Shown piece by piece: positions 46,394 through 56,979 of a DNA stretch of 64,000 nucleotides. Under the pieces are notes generated by a model. The model was not told the origin of the DNA and searched no databases. It saw nothing but the letters and a program-made list of their open reading frames with translations. This DNA is from Williopsis jadinii (Eukaryota), in assembly GCA_024346625.1 (NCBI GenBank), contig AP024665.1, positions 1,178,001 to 1,242,000 of the forward strand, read 5' to 3'. The position numbers were made by a program, and so were the translations under genes. Every line of letters starts with the position of its first letter. The stretch's first letter is position 1.

Positions 46394-49060
46394 CTATCTA
46401 GTCTTTGGCATCTTTCGTCTCTGATCTATTTCATCCTTCTGACCATAGAAATGTGGAGCGAGCTCGGCAAGCCATTGTTCTTGGACGGGCATCACGTTCC
46501 TCATGAATTCCTTTGAAGTGAGGACCAACTCGTTATATATAACCATCTTTGGAGGAGGTTTAGTCTTGTAGAGCACAGATGAGGGATGAATGTACACTGT
46601 TTGGTTCTTCTTGAGGGAACGGTAGCCATCGCCTGTCTTTGATAGACGTGCAGCGTTGGGGAAGTACCCCGACGCAATGGCCTTTTCAATATTCAACGTT
46701 AGCTTTTGAGGATCCTTTTCTGCTTCGTTTCCTTTGGATTTGATCAGTGTTTCCAATCTATCACAGAGCCTTTCGAGTTGATCACGAACGTTTCTAGCTC
46801 TCGCAAGGGTTTTATGCTGAATGAAATTATCACGACACCATTGCAGTGAATAGTCACTATCAGCCCATCTGTTGAAGATTTCGAGCAGAGTCAGGTGATC
46901 ACTTGACTGTTTAAAAGAATCTCTCGCAGAGTCTGCTAACATCTTCTTTTCCTTAGGTCTGTAGAACAATGCAGCAGATTCATCAAGCATGGACACAATT
47001 GTTAAGATTTCGTCCGTACAGTTAAACTCACCACTTGACAGAACAACTTTTGCAAGCATTGGGTTTGTTGGGAATTCAGCCATTTGCCTTCCGATAAGAG
47101 TCAGTTGACCTTTCGAGTTAAGTGCACCCAAAGCATACAGTAGTTCCAAGGATTTGATAAGAGTCTCACTGGCTGGAGGATCCATAAAGTCAAAATTTAT
47201 CAAATCGTTTATCCCAAGTGACAAAAGCAGCAAAACAACACTAGCCAGATTCGATCTCAATATCTCAGGTGTCGGATTAGCAGGCAGTTCATGAAAGTAA
47301 GCCCATTTAGTGTACAGCCGGAAACACTTACCTGGTCCAACTCTACCAGCTCTACCAGCTCTCTGGTCTGCTGAAGCCCTTGAGCAGGGAACGACAACCA
47401 AGCTCTCCATACCAGTTGAAGGATTATATACATTCTCCTTAACGAAGCCGGCATCGATAACGTAGACAATTCCATCTATGGTAAGAGACGTCTCTGCAAT
47501 GTTTGTTGCCAGTACAACTTTTCTAGCACCCTTTGGCGTTGGTTCAAAGATCTTTTGTTGCATATCCGACGGTAGGTTAGCATATATTGGGCAGACGATC
47601 ATTTCTTTTATCTTGGACCCCAGTTTCTGACAAGTGGCATTCAAATTCTCAGCCATTGTTTCAATTTCATCTTGACCTGTCAGGAAGACCAGGATATCAC
47701 CTGGTCCTTGAGATGTATGGATTTGAAATACAGTTGTTGTTGCAGCATGCAAATAGTTAGCCTCTGGTTGTTTGGTATAGTGAATATCAACAGGGAAACG
47801 ACGACCTGGAATGTTGAATATTGGTGCACCGTCAAAGAAATTACTGAATTTCTCAGCGTTCATGGTTGCAGAAGATATGAGCAGTTTCAAACCGGGCCTG
47901 TATTTCGAAATGTCTTTGACCAATCCAAAGAGGATATCAGTGCTCAGGGTTCTTTCATGTGCTTCATCAATCATCAATGCAGAGTATCCACTCAGTTCAG
48001 GATCGGTCATAAACTCTCTCAAGAGCATACCGTCGGTCATGTACTTAACAACGGTCTTTTCGCTTGTGTTATCTTCAAATCTAATGGAGTAACCAACCTC
48101 TTGTCCAAGCCTTACACCCATTTCATCAGCGACTCTGGCAGCCACGGACATCGCAGCAACACGACGTGGTTGAGTGCATGCAACCTTCATACCATTCGCA
48201 GTGTAGCCATCTTCAAAGAGGTATTGAGGTAGTTGTGTAGTCTTTCCAGAACCGGTTTCACCGACAATGATCAGAACATTATGTTCCCTGATGGCCTCCA
48301 GCAGCTGCGATCTATATTTGTACACAGGTAAGGACTTCCTTACCTCATCAATGGTCTTGATCCTCTGTTCCTCTTCTTCTATGCGTCTCTTCAACGCCTC
48401 TTGTTCTTGAGTAAGCTGAGGGCCTTCGTCCACGGTATCAAGCAAAAAGTCAATGTTGTGATCGTCATCAAACACATATTCATACTGGTCTTGATTTGGA
48501 GCAGATATCTCGTCTGGGTGCGATATCTTGGCTCTCTTTGCAACCTGCTGCTGTTCCCAACGACCAGTTTCAGGTATTGCACCAGAGTCCTTATGTTTCG
48601 AGTACAGCGCATCCTCTTTCCTCTTCCTATCCAGCGACTCTTCAGGTAGGGCGTAACCTCCAACGTCAACGCCTCGTTTCTCCCTCATCAGTTGGAGCAC
48701 TTCACGTTTATGATGAATCTCCTCCTGTTCCCGTCTCGTGAGGTTGTCCCATCCGTAGCGCTTAGCATCTTCTTCCAGTCCTTCAACCTCCCTTTCAAGA
48801 AGCGCAAACTGCTCCTCTTCACGCTTGTCCAGGTACTTCTGTCTCGCCAGTTCTCTCAAGTCCTGGATGTCCGCATTCTCATGAGGCGGCACGGGTGCTT
48901 CGTCCACCGCAGTGCCACCACTTTCAACGTCATCGCCGCCAACATCACCACCATCAGCGTCGTCACCGCCAGGGCGCTCAAGACCTTGCTTCTCTTCGTC
49001 AGACTCCGAATCAGATCCCCAACGGTCGATATCTTTCCTTCTCTGCCTGCTGATGCTCAT
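46394..49060 (-). CDS. PRP2: DEAH-box splicing helicase Prp2 (DHX16/Cdc28 type)
   Basis: GETGSGKTTQLPQYL, DEAHER, SAT and QRAGRAGR motifs, plus RKSLPVYKYR. Confidence 0.88.
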   Translation of the reverse strand: MSISRQRRKDIDRWGSDSESDEEKQGLERPGGDDADGGDVGGDDVESGGTAVDEAPVPPHENADIQDLRELARQKYLDKREEEQFALLEREVEGLEEDAKRYGWDNLTRREQEEIHHKREVLQLMREKRGVDVGGYALPEESLDRKRKEDALYSKHKDSGAIPETGRWEQQQVAKRAKISHPDEISAPNQDQYEYVFDDDHNIDFLLDTVDEGPQLTQEQEALKRRIEEEEQRIKTIDEVRKSLPVYKYRSQLLEAIREHNVLIIVGETGSGKTTQLPQYLFEDGYTANGMKVACTQPRRVAAMSVAARVADEMGVRLGQEVGYSIRFEDNTSEKTVVKYMTDGMLLREFMTDPELSGYSALMIDEAHERTLSTDILFGLVKDISKYRPGLKLLISSATMNAEKFSNFFDGAPIFNIPGRRFPVDIHYTKQPEANYLHAATTTVFQIHTSQGPGDILVFLTGQDEIETMAENLNATCQKLGSKIKEMIVCPIYANLPSDMQQKIFEPTPKGARKVVLATNIAETSLTIDGIVYVIDAGFVKENVYNPSTGMESLVVVPCSRASADQRAGRAGRVGPGKCFRLYTKWAYFHELPANPTPEILRSNLASVVLLLLSLGINDLINFDFMDPPASETLIKSLELLYALGALNSKGQLTLIGRQMAEFPTNPMLAKVVLSSGEFNCTDEILTIVSMLDESAALFYRPKEKKMLADSARDSFKQSSDHLTLLEIFNRWADSDYSLQWCRDNFIQHKTLARARNVRDQLERLCDRLETLIKSKGNEAEKDPQKLTLNIEKAIASGYFPNAARLSKTGDGYRSLKKNQTVYIHPSSVLYKTKPPPKMVIYNELVLTSKEFMRNVMPVQEQWLAELAPHFYGQKDEIDQRRKMPKTR

Positions 49061-49273
49061 CGTTCAACAACCGCCCGTTGCCTTCTCTGAACCGCGCTGT
49101 CTGTTGTCGTTATAACCTGTCCTTAGCACTTCTTTGTTTACATTTTCTGGGCGGGATGATGGGCGCAAAAAAAATCAACAAACATCACCATGTTGAGGAA
49201 CAGTGCGAGCGGACGGGAGAAGAAGAGAACTCCACCAGCTGTAACCGGTGTAGAGCGTAAAAGAGAGAAAGAA

Positions 49274-50905
49274 ATGGCTACGAAGAAGAAATCGTCTCGC
49301 TCCAAGCCAGACGATTCACTGTTGTTTTACGGCTCTGCCCTGTATGACTTCCTGTCACCTTTCAAAAGAGCACAGAACCAATGGGCTGCTCGGTACACTG
49401 TTGTGATCTTTGCCATAATTGTGCGCTCAGCCATCGGGTTTGGAAGCTACTCAGGTGCTGGGACGCCTCCGATGTATGGTGATTTCGAGGCACAGAGGCA
49501 TTGGATGGAGATTACCCAGCATCTGCCAATGAAGGACTGGTACTGGTATGATCTACAGTACTGGGGGCTGGACTATCCACCGCTCACGGCGTACCACTCT
49601 TGGTTTTTCGGTAAGCTGGGCAGCTTGGTGGACCCAGCTTGGTTTGCACTGGATGTGAGCCGTGGGCTGGAGACAGAAACGCTGAAATCTTTCATGAGAT
49701 TCTCAGCATTGGTCAGCGAGGTTGCCATTTACGTACCTGGCGTGTTTCGTTACACCAAATGGAACGGTAAGGCTATAAAGCACTCGCCAATTGACCAGAC
49801 CATTGTCGCATCTTGTATCTTGTTCCAGCCAGCGTTGATGATCATCGATCATGGTCATTTCCAATTCAACTCTGTGATGCTCGGACTCACTCTGCTATCG
49901 ATCGTGCACCTGTTGTATGAGAACTATATGCTTGCATGTGTCTTCTTCGTGCTGTCCTTAGGGTTCAAGCAGATGGCGTTGTACTATGCACCAATTTTCT
50001 TCTTCTACCTGCTTGGAAGATGCGTTGACTTACAAACGCCAGGCTTACCACTATCCAAGAGATTGAATCCATTCAGACTGTTTTTAATCGGCACTGCCAC
50101 TGTCATTACATTTGTACTACTTTTCGGCCCACTGGTCCTATTCGGTGGCCTGGAGAACCTGAAGCAGTGCATCCATAGAATGTTTCCATTTGCTCGTGGT
50201 ATTTTTGAAGATAAAGTTGCCAATTTCTGGTGTTTCTCTAACATCTTTATCAAGTACCGTACACTCTTCTCACAGGAGCAATTGCAATCTTATTCATTGA
50301 TTTTAACACTGGTGGGATTCCTACCAGCTGCTATTCTGATCTTCTTCAAACCAAGAAAGAATCTGCTCCCATGGGCACTTGCAGTTTGCTCAATGTCCTT
50401 CTACCTCTTCTCATTCCAAGTTCATGAGAAGACCATTTTGGTTCCTCTGTTGCCTATCACGCTCCTGTACTCTACAAATGATACAAACGACATGGCCGTT
50501 ATCTCATGGATCAATAACGTTGCGCTTTTCTCTATGTGGCCATTGCTGAAACGTGACGGATTGTTATTACAGTACTGCTGTCTAATGCTATTGTCCAATT
50601 GGCTGATGGGAAATCTCAGCTTTATCACGCCAACATTCTTGCCTAAGGTCCTTACACCTGGTCCTTCAATATCGCTCGTACAGCAGGCAAAGAAGCGTCA
50701 TGGTTTACCAGACGGCATCCTCTGGAGAATCATCATTCTCTCAAGTTACATCGCCATTGCCCTTGTGAGTTTTGCCGACCTCTACATCCAGCCTCCAGCA
50801 AGATACCCAGATCTATGGGTATTGGCCAACGTCGCTGTTTCTTTTGGATGCTTTGTGTTGACATGGCTATGGTGTTACTACAAGTTATTTATCCTCGCAT
50901 TCTAA
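49274..50905 (+). CDS. ALG6: Dol-P-Glc:Man9GlcNAc2-PP-Dol alpha-1,3-glucosyltransferase
   Basis: PPMYGDFEAQRHWMEIT, YWGLDYPPLTAYHS and FPFARGIFEDKVANFWC; probable ATG at 49274. Confidence 0.95.
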   Translation: MATKKKSSRSKPDDSLLFYGSALYDFLSPFKRAQNQWAARYTVVIFAIIVRSAIGFGSYSGAGTPPMYGDFEAQRHWMEITQHLPMKDWYWYDLQYWGLDYPPLTAYHSWFFGKLGSLVDPAWFALDVSRGLETETLKSFMRFSALVSEVAIYVPGVFRYTKWNGKAIKHSPIDQTIVASCILFQPALMIIDHGHFQFNSVMLGLTLLSIVHLLYENYMLACVFFVLSLGFKQMALYYAPIFFFYLLGRCVDLQTPGLPLSKRLNPFRLFLIGTATVITFVLLFGPLVLFGGLENLKQCIHRMFPFARGIFEDKVANFWCFSNIFIKYRTLFSQEQLQSYSLILTLVGFLPAAILIFFKPRKNLLPWALAVCSMSFYLFSFQVHEKTILVPLLPITLLYSTNDTNDMAVISWINNVALFSMWPLLKRDGLLLQYCCLMLLSNWLMGNLSFITPTFLPKVLTPGPSISLVQQAKKRHGLPDGILWRIIILSSYIAIALVSFADLYIQPPARYPDLWVLANVAVSFGCFVLTWLWCYYKLFILAF

Positions 50906-50980
50906 CATGGAAACCATAGCAGTCAATGCGAATTGCATAATTCTTTTGTCATTTTTTTCTATCTTGCGTAGCCAATCGGT

Positions 50981-51031
50981 ACGCGTCCCCACGGAGAGCG
51001 GTAAAACCGACGCGTAAACAGAGACGCGAAA
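50981..51031. promoter_or_regulatory. MCB/SCB cluster (ACGCGT x2, ACGCGAAA) plus forkhead-type GTAAACA upstream of the LRR gene
   Basis: Three CGCG cores within 50 bp, 75-125 bp upstream of the ATG at 51106. Confidence 0.65.
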
Positions 51032-51105
51032 CGAATGTCCAATGAAAATTTGTTATCAAGCAGCAGCAAAAGACCTCACAAATATTGGCCCTTTGAGTAT
51101 TGAAA

Positions 51106-52611
51106 ATGGAGAAAGATAGTCCATTGAAACCATTCTGGTTTGATTCGTCTCGTCAGAATGACAAGCTGCCTCTGAGAAACCCAATTGATGAGCTAGACAG
51201 CCCTCTGGCCAGTACTGTGCCAGACTCAGGTCAGAGAGACCCCCATGCCGTTGCCAACGCGGAGTGCATTGTTCGCAAAAGGCTCCACGAAGCTGATCAA
51301 GGCCCACACAAACGTCGAACTTTAGAGTCCAGTTCTGTTGTCAATTCAGATGCTCTGAATAGTGACGATCTGGAGAAGATGACCACTTGTGTATACCGTT
51401 CCAGCTCCAGGCCGTCTGTCGGCAGCTCCGAGAGCCTGTACTTCTTCAACAGGGTGCCCTCCAGTCCACCGGCATCGCTCCTGAGGGATACCTATGACGA
51501 TGGTGGTATGCTTCTGAGCTCTCCAAGCAAAGTGCAGACGTATCAAAGTGATGATATACAAACGTCGCAGATGACCATTGTTCCTGACCGGGGAAGCGAC
51601 AGTGATGATTCCGAGAGTACAGTGGATTTCAACATAAACAACTTGAACAAAGTGAATGGCTATCTGTCCAGTGACAACCTGATGTCCGACCCGACACAGC
51701 CCAATGATACCGATGCCACGATTGTCACCAGGGGACGAATTGCACGGTGTATTGAAGAAGGCAATCCAAAATTGCACATCGAGAACCTCGGATTGACGGT
51801 GTTACCGGACGACGTTGAAGATATGAAGAACATGGTTTGCTGGAACAAAGGTAGGCTGAGTGCTGCTCAGATAGAGATCTACGCTGCCCAGAACAAGCTA
51901 AAGATCCTACCTCCGTGTCTCTTCAACGTTGAGCAGATTTGTGTGCTGTCGCTACGAGGCAACAAACTGAAGAAGATCCCTGGGATCATATGGAAGATGA
52001 AGAACTTGACGGAGCTCTCCATAATGAACAACGATATAAAGGTTTTACCGTATCAGATTCTGAAGTTGCCCAAACTGACCAATCTCTTGGTTCGTCCGAA
52101 TGCGAGTCTCATTGAGCTTCGAGACCAGGACCCTCACTCATACTACTGCATTGCCAACGCTATTCCTAACCAGGACGGGGATATCCGTCGCTACGTCTCC
52201 AGGGTGAAGTGGTCACATAGGACAACGTCTGGTGAAAGAACCTCTCCCGAGAGAACGGACCGTGAGATTGCACACAGCCTTGAGGTTTCGCCTGTGCCGA
52301 AACTGAGCGAGCTGGCACTTAGACGGTTCTGTCACTACGACGTGACGCTATCAGAGACCAAGCTCTGGAAAAGAACCATACCGATATACACACAGAGGAT
52401 GGTTACAAAGGCGTTGCAGAAGGGCATCTATGATGAGTGTTGTTCCGTGTGCGATAAGGTTACCGTGAACCCGATCGCGAAGGCGTTGGAGTGGTGGGAC
52501 TTCAAGGACCAGACGCTTGTGCCCGTGAGACGCAACTTCTGCTGTGGGAACTGTGTGAACGTGTGGCTGGACGACGTTGAGGACACGCTTGAGAGGATGA
52601 GCCCGTGCTGA
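51106..52611 (+). CDS. Leucine-rich-repeat protein with S/P-rich N-terminus and Cys-rich C-terminus
   Basis: LRRs (LSLRGNKLKKIP; LSIMNNDIKVLP), PVPKLSELALRRF, and CCSVC...NFCCGNC. Confidence 0.85.
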   Translation: MEKDSPLKPFWFDSSRQNDKLPLRNPIDELDSPLASTVPDSGQRDPHAVANAECIVRKRLHEADQGPHKRRTLESSSVVNSDALNSDDLEKMTTCVYRSSSRPSVGSSESLYFFNRVPSSPPASLLRDTYDDGGMLLSSPSKVQTYQSDDIQTSQMTIVPDRGSDSDDSESTVDFNINNLNKVNGYLSSDNLMSDPTQPNDTDATIVTRGRIARCIEEGNPKLHIENLGLTVLPDDVEDMKNMVCWNKGRLSAAQIEIYAAQNKLKILPPCLFNVEQICVLSLRGNKLKKIPGIIWKMKNLTELSIMNNDIKVLPYQILKLPKLTNLLVRPNASLIELRDQDPHSYYCIANAIPNQDGDIRRYVSRVKWSHRTTSGERTSPERTDREIAHSLEVSPVPKLSELALRRFCHYDVTLSETKLWKRTIPIYTQRMVTKALQKGIYDECCSVCDKVTVNPIAKALEWWDFKDQTLVPVRRNFCCGNCVNVWLDDVEDTLERMSPC

Positions 52612-52701
52612 AATGGACAGTGGTGAAATGGACAGTGGTGTGTGTGATGTGTAGTGTGTGTGATGTGTAGTGCGCGGGGACATGTAGGCGTCTAGACATA
52701 G

Positions 52702-52800
52702 ACACCCGGACACCACACACCCGGACACCGTGACACCAAACACCCGTGCACCCAAACACCCAAACACTACACACCCGTACACCCGTACACCCGCACACCA
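52702..52800. promoter_or_regulatory. Cluster of Rap1-like ACACCCGNACAC motifs upstream of PFK2
   Basis: ACACCCGGACAC x2, ACACCCGTGCAC and ACACCCGTACACCCGTACACCCGCACAC. Confidence 0.6.
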
Positions 52801-53346
52801 CAGCGCCCCCAGCGCTCCCGCCCCAGCTACACTGGATCTCCAGACGCACACCGCTCCCAGCCCAAATCACCTCACCTCCCACGCTACGGCCCACGCTACG
52901 GCCCACTTTCCCGCTCCCAGACCATCTCACATTGCGTGCAGTGAAGGCACACATCCCGTGCAGTGAATTTGTACGATACAAATCCCAATCCACTGCAACC
53001 AGAGCACCTGGTGCGTGCAATTTGTTGCAGCGTGTTTTTCGTTGCTTGCCTAGCAAGGGTTTCCCGTTTTGTGCATCTCTGCCTAGGCTCAGCTGTTGTT
53101 TTTCCCCCTTGCACCACCAGATGGTCTCAGACGGTTTAATGGGGGATTAATGCAAATAAAAGGAACTTCAGCCTCAAGTCAAAAATTAGGAAGGTAATCT
53201 TTGTTTTAACTCCTCTCATACTACCATAGCTGCTATTACTAGTGCTACTACTACGTAAAACTCATATTCCGTTGGTGATACACCCCATTGGAATTATTCG
53301 CAGCGCTGATTTTGAAGACCCCCCCTGCTAAAGCTCTCTTTGTACG

Positions 53347-56169
53347 ATGACGAAACCGTTTGTTAATGGCACTTCGTACCACACGCTGAGGGCGTCGTCG
53401 CAGAAGCTGCTACAAGAGGCAGTTTCGTTCTACACCAACATTGTCGGGCTCTCGGTTGCTCGAGAGTCGAAGGAGTCGATTCTGCTGAACTCTGGCCAGG
53501 AGTTTCCTCACACCTCTGCGTCTCTGGAGATTGTGCTTGATGAGCAGTTCCAGCAGCCTTCCTCGGAGACGCTGGCACAGGTACATAATACCGATGACTG
53601 GCGCTCTCTGAGAGGGTGTGTTGTGCTGAGAGTGGATGAGCTGTCGCTCATCGTGGACCAGCTGAAGGCGTACGGTGCCTCGTGGCAGGCCTTCCCGTCA
53701 GAGCTGGCGCCTGCCGAGGTGTACGCTATTGACCCGCTAGGGTTTGTTGTTGGGTTCACATCTCTGAAACATGCGCTCTCCACGGTTGCGCCACCGCTGA
53801 AGGAGTCTGTGATCTTTGACGACGACCAGCTGACCTCGGCAGCGGTCACGGCGGTCCTGGCGGAGCCTGTCAAGCAGCAGCGTAACATTGCTGTGATGAC
53901 ATCTGGTGGTGATGCCCCTGGAATGAACGCTTGTGTGCGCGCCGTGGTGCGTGCTGCTATCTACAGGGGCTGTAAGGCTTTTGCAGTGTATGAAGGCTAT
54001 GAAGGTCTTGTCAGAGGTGCCGATTACATCAAGGAGATGGACTGGCAAAGCGTCCGTGGCTGGTTGAGTGAAGGTGGTACCAATATCGGTACCGCCCGTT
54101 GTGCAGAGTTCAGAGAACGCGCTGGACGTTTGCTGGGTGCTAAGCACTTGATCGAGTCTGGCATTGACGCGTTGATCGTCTGTGGTGGTGATGGTTCGCT
54201 TACCGGTGCCGATCTCTTTAGAGCCGAGTGGCCTTCGCTTATTGATGAGCTGCTCAAGACTGATCAAATCACAAAGGAGCAACACGATAGACATAAACAC
54301 TTGAACATCTGTGGAACTGTGGGATCTATCGATAACGATATGTCCTCCACTGACTCTACAATTGGTGCTTATTCATCTTTGGATAGAATCTGTGAAGCTG
54401 TGGATTACATTGATGCCACTGCCAACTCCCATTCTAGAGCGTTTGTCATTGAAGTGATGGGAAGACACTGTGGTTGGTTGGCACTTATGGCTGGTATTGC
54501 CACTGCTGCTGATTACATCTTGATCCCAGAGAAGCCTGCAAGCTCAAGGGAATGGCAAGATCAGATGTGTGACATTGTTGGCAAGCACAGGGCCCGTGGT
54601 AAACGTAAAACCATTGTTATCGTTGCTGAAGGTGCCATTGCTGCTGATTTGACCCCAATCACCTCGAAGGATGTCCTCAAGGTTCTTGTCGATAGACTAG
54701 GATTGGATACCAGAGTGACCACATTGGGCCACGTCCAAAGAGGTGGTACTGCTGTTGCATGGGATCGTATTCTTGCTACTCTTCAAGGTGTCGAAGCTGT
54801 TGAAGCCGTCTTACAATCCACACCAGAGACTCCTTCTCCTATGATTGGTATCGTTGAAAACAAGATCTGCCGTAAACCATTGGTTGAAGCCGTCAAGTTG
54901 ACAAAACAAGTTGCACAGGCCATCAGCGAGAAGAACTTCAAGAAGGCAATCTCGTTGCGTGATTCTGAGTTTGTTGAACATTTGAGCAACTTTATGGCAA
55001 TCAACTCTGCTGACCACAATGAACCTGTTCTCCCATCAGAACAGCGTCTCAACATTGCCATCGTTAACGTTGGTGCGCCAGCTGGTGGTATGAACTCAGC
55101 AGTATACGCTATGGCAACGTACTGTATGTCTCGTGGTCATACACCTTATGCCATTCACAATGGATTCTCAGGTTTGGCAAGACACGAATCTGTTAGATCC
55201 ATCAACTGGTTGGATATCGAGGGCTGGACATCTAGAGGAGGTTCCGAACTTGGTACAAACAGAACAACACCTCAAGAAGCCGATATCGGTATGATTGCAT
55301 ACTACTTTGATAAGTATCAATTTGACGGTTTGGTTATTGTTGGTGGTTTCGAAGCGTTTGTATCACTGCACCAATTGGAACAAGCTAGAAAGGATTATCC
55401 AGCGTTCCGTATCCCTATGACCTTGATTCCTGCAACAATTTCCAACAACGTTCCAGGTACTGAGTATTCTCTTGGTTCTGATACCTGTTTGAACTCTCTG
55501 ATGAAGTACTGTGATATTGTCAAACAGAGTGCTTCGTCAACAAGAGGTCGTGCCTTTGTTGTTGAGGTTCAAGGTGGTAACTCTGGTTACATTGCAACAA
55601 TGGCCCAATTGGCGTGCGGTGCTCAAGCATCTTATGTTCCAGAAGAAGGCATTCCATTAGAGCAGTTGGATATGGATATTGAAAACTTGAAACAGTCTTT
55701 TACTCTGGCATCCGGTAAGTCCAAGTCGGGTAAACTGATTTTGAAATCAGAGAATGCCTCTAAGGTGTTAACGACAGATGTGATTGCTCAAATCATCACA
55801 GATGAGGCACAGGGAAGATTTGATGCAAAGACTGCCGTGCCGGGTCACGTCCAACAAGGTTCATTGCCATCTCCTATGGATCGTACAAGAGCTACAAGAC
55901 TTGCAGTTAAAGCTGTTCAGTTCATTGAAGAGAAGCAAGAAGTCACCAAACCAACTCGTTTCCTCGAAAACTTTGACCCACTTGATAGTGAAGTTTCTGC
56001 CACTGCATCCATTGTTGGTGTCAAGAGATCACACCTTAGATTCGCTAGTATTCGCCAAGTTTACGATTTCGAGACATCTTTGGTGACGAGAATGCCAAAG
56101 CACATTCACTGGCAAGATACCAGAGAAGTTGCAGACCTCCTTGTCGGCAGAACGAAGCTAGCGTTGTAA
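53347..56169 (+). CDS. PFK2: 6-phosphofructokinase beta subunit (with N-terminal glyoxalase-like domain)
   Basis: IAVMTSGGDAPGMN, GGDGSLTGA, VGSIDND and EVMGRHCGWLA. The second half (GAPAGGMNSAVYAMATYCMSRGH) is of the beta type. Confidence 0.92.
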   Translation: MTKPFVNGTSYHTLRASSQKLLQEAVSFYTNIVGLSVARESKESILLNSGQEFPHTSASLEIVLDEQFQQPSSETLAQVHNTDDWRSLRGCVVLRVDELSLIVDQLKAYGASWQAFPSELAPAEVYAIDPLGFVVGFTSLKHALSTVAPPLKESVIFDDDQLTSAAVTAVLAEPVKQQRNIAVMTSGGDAPGMNACVRAVVRAAIYRGCKAFAVYEGYEGLVRGADYIKEMDWQSVRGWLSEGGTNIGTARCAEFRERAGRLLGAKHLIESGIDALIVCGGDGSLTGADLFRAEWPSLIDELLKTDQITKEQHDRHKHLNICGTVGSIDNDMSSTDSTIGAYSSLDRICEAVDYIDATANSHSRAFVIEVMGRHCGWLALMAGIATAADYILIPEKPASSREWQDQMCDIVGKHRARGKRKTIVIVAEGAIAADLTPITSKDVLKVLVDRLGLDTRVTTLGHVQRGGTAVAWDRILATLQGVEAVEAVLQSTPETPSPMIGIVENKICRKPLVEAVKLTKQVAQAISEKNFKKAISLRDSEFVEHLSNFMAINSADHNEPVLPSEQRLNIAIVNVGAPAGGMNSAVYAMATYCMSRGHTPYAIHNGFSGLARHESVRSINWLDIEGWTSRGGSELGTNRTTPQEADIGMIAYYFDKYQFDGLVIVGGFEAFVSLHQLEQARKDYPAFRIPMTLIPATISNNVPGTEYSLGSDTCLNSLMKYCDIVKQSASSTRGRAFVVEVQGGNSGYIATMAQLACGAQASYVPEEGIPLEQLDMDIENLKQSFTLASGKSKSGKLILKSENASKVLTTDVIAQIITDEAQGRFDAKTAVPGHVQQGSLPSPMDRTRATRLAVKAVQFIEEKQEVTKPTRFLENFDPLDSEVSATASIVGVKRSHLRFASIRQVYDFETSLVTRMPKHIHWQDTREVADLLVGRTKLAL

Positions 56170-56369
56170 CGCTCTTCCGAGCCCTGTATATTTGCATAAT
56201 TTATGATTTAAATGCTGAGCCATGTTGTAAGAATCTGATTGTGTGTTGATTATTGGACATCAACACCTGGCTCTTTGCTGATTAAGAACAACAACAATGA
56301 ACACAAGATCTATGAACTTGTTGCGTTGATGATGAGCTATTTTGGAGGGCTATATAGAACAAAAAAAAT

Positions 56370-56442
56370 TGGACGAGTCCGGAGTCGAACCGGAGACCTT
56401 TCGCATGCTAAGCGAACGCGCTACCAACTACGCCACACGCCC
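56370..56442 (-). tRNA. tRNA-Ala(AGC)
   Basis: Reverse complement is GGGCGTGTGGCGTAGTTGGTAGCGCGTTCGCTTAGCATGCGAAAGGTCTCCGGTTCGACTCCGGACTCGTCCA, with a G3:U70 pair and a T8 terminator at 56361-56368. Confidence 0.97.
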
Positions 56443-56662
56443 CAATGTTGAAAACGAAATGTGCACGCTTCAGCAGACAACGAGAGTCTTGTGATCATCA
56501 AAGCTTCCAATCACAGCGATGAACTGCTCTTCTGTTGAATAAGGTAGAGAAAGGGAATGTACGTGAAGCCACGTTAAAGTGCTATGACAGTGACCGGCTG
56601 GGCAGAACAGTTGCACTACAGTGGCGCTACGTGTGAACCGGCAGACGAGATAATGCCATCTC

Positions 56663-56712
56663 ATATTATATTATATTATATTATATTATATTATAATATA
56701 TTATATTATATA
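56663..56712. repeat. (ATATT)n pentanucleotide microsatellite
   Basis: About 10 units, nearly perfect. Confidence 0.9.
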
Positions 56713-56979
56713 ATTTACCACTGCCGTGATACAGTCGTCAAGCATCAAGTGCATAATTCGGCATCGCTTTCGTCTTCTCTTTCCTCCACCAGTGGACATA
56801 TCTCTCCATTCAACGCGTCACTCGTCTGCTCTTGCCACTACATCAATTGGGTGGATCACAGCCTCCTGCCTTGCTATAAACATCCACAGTCACCTTGCGG
56901 CGTATCCTTCGCACACTGAAGAGAGCCCTGTCCAATATCACAGAGTGTTGAAGCTATACATATTCCATCACATAAAGCC

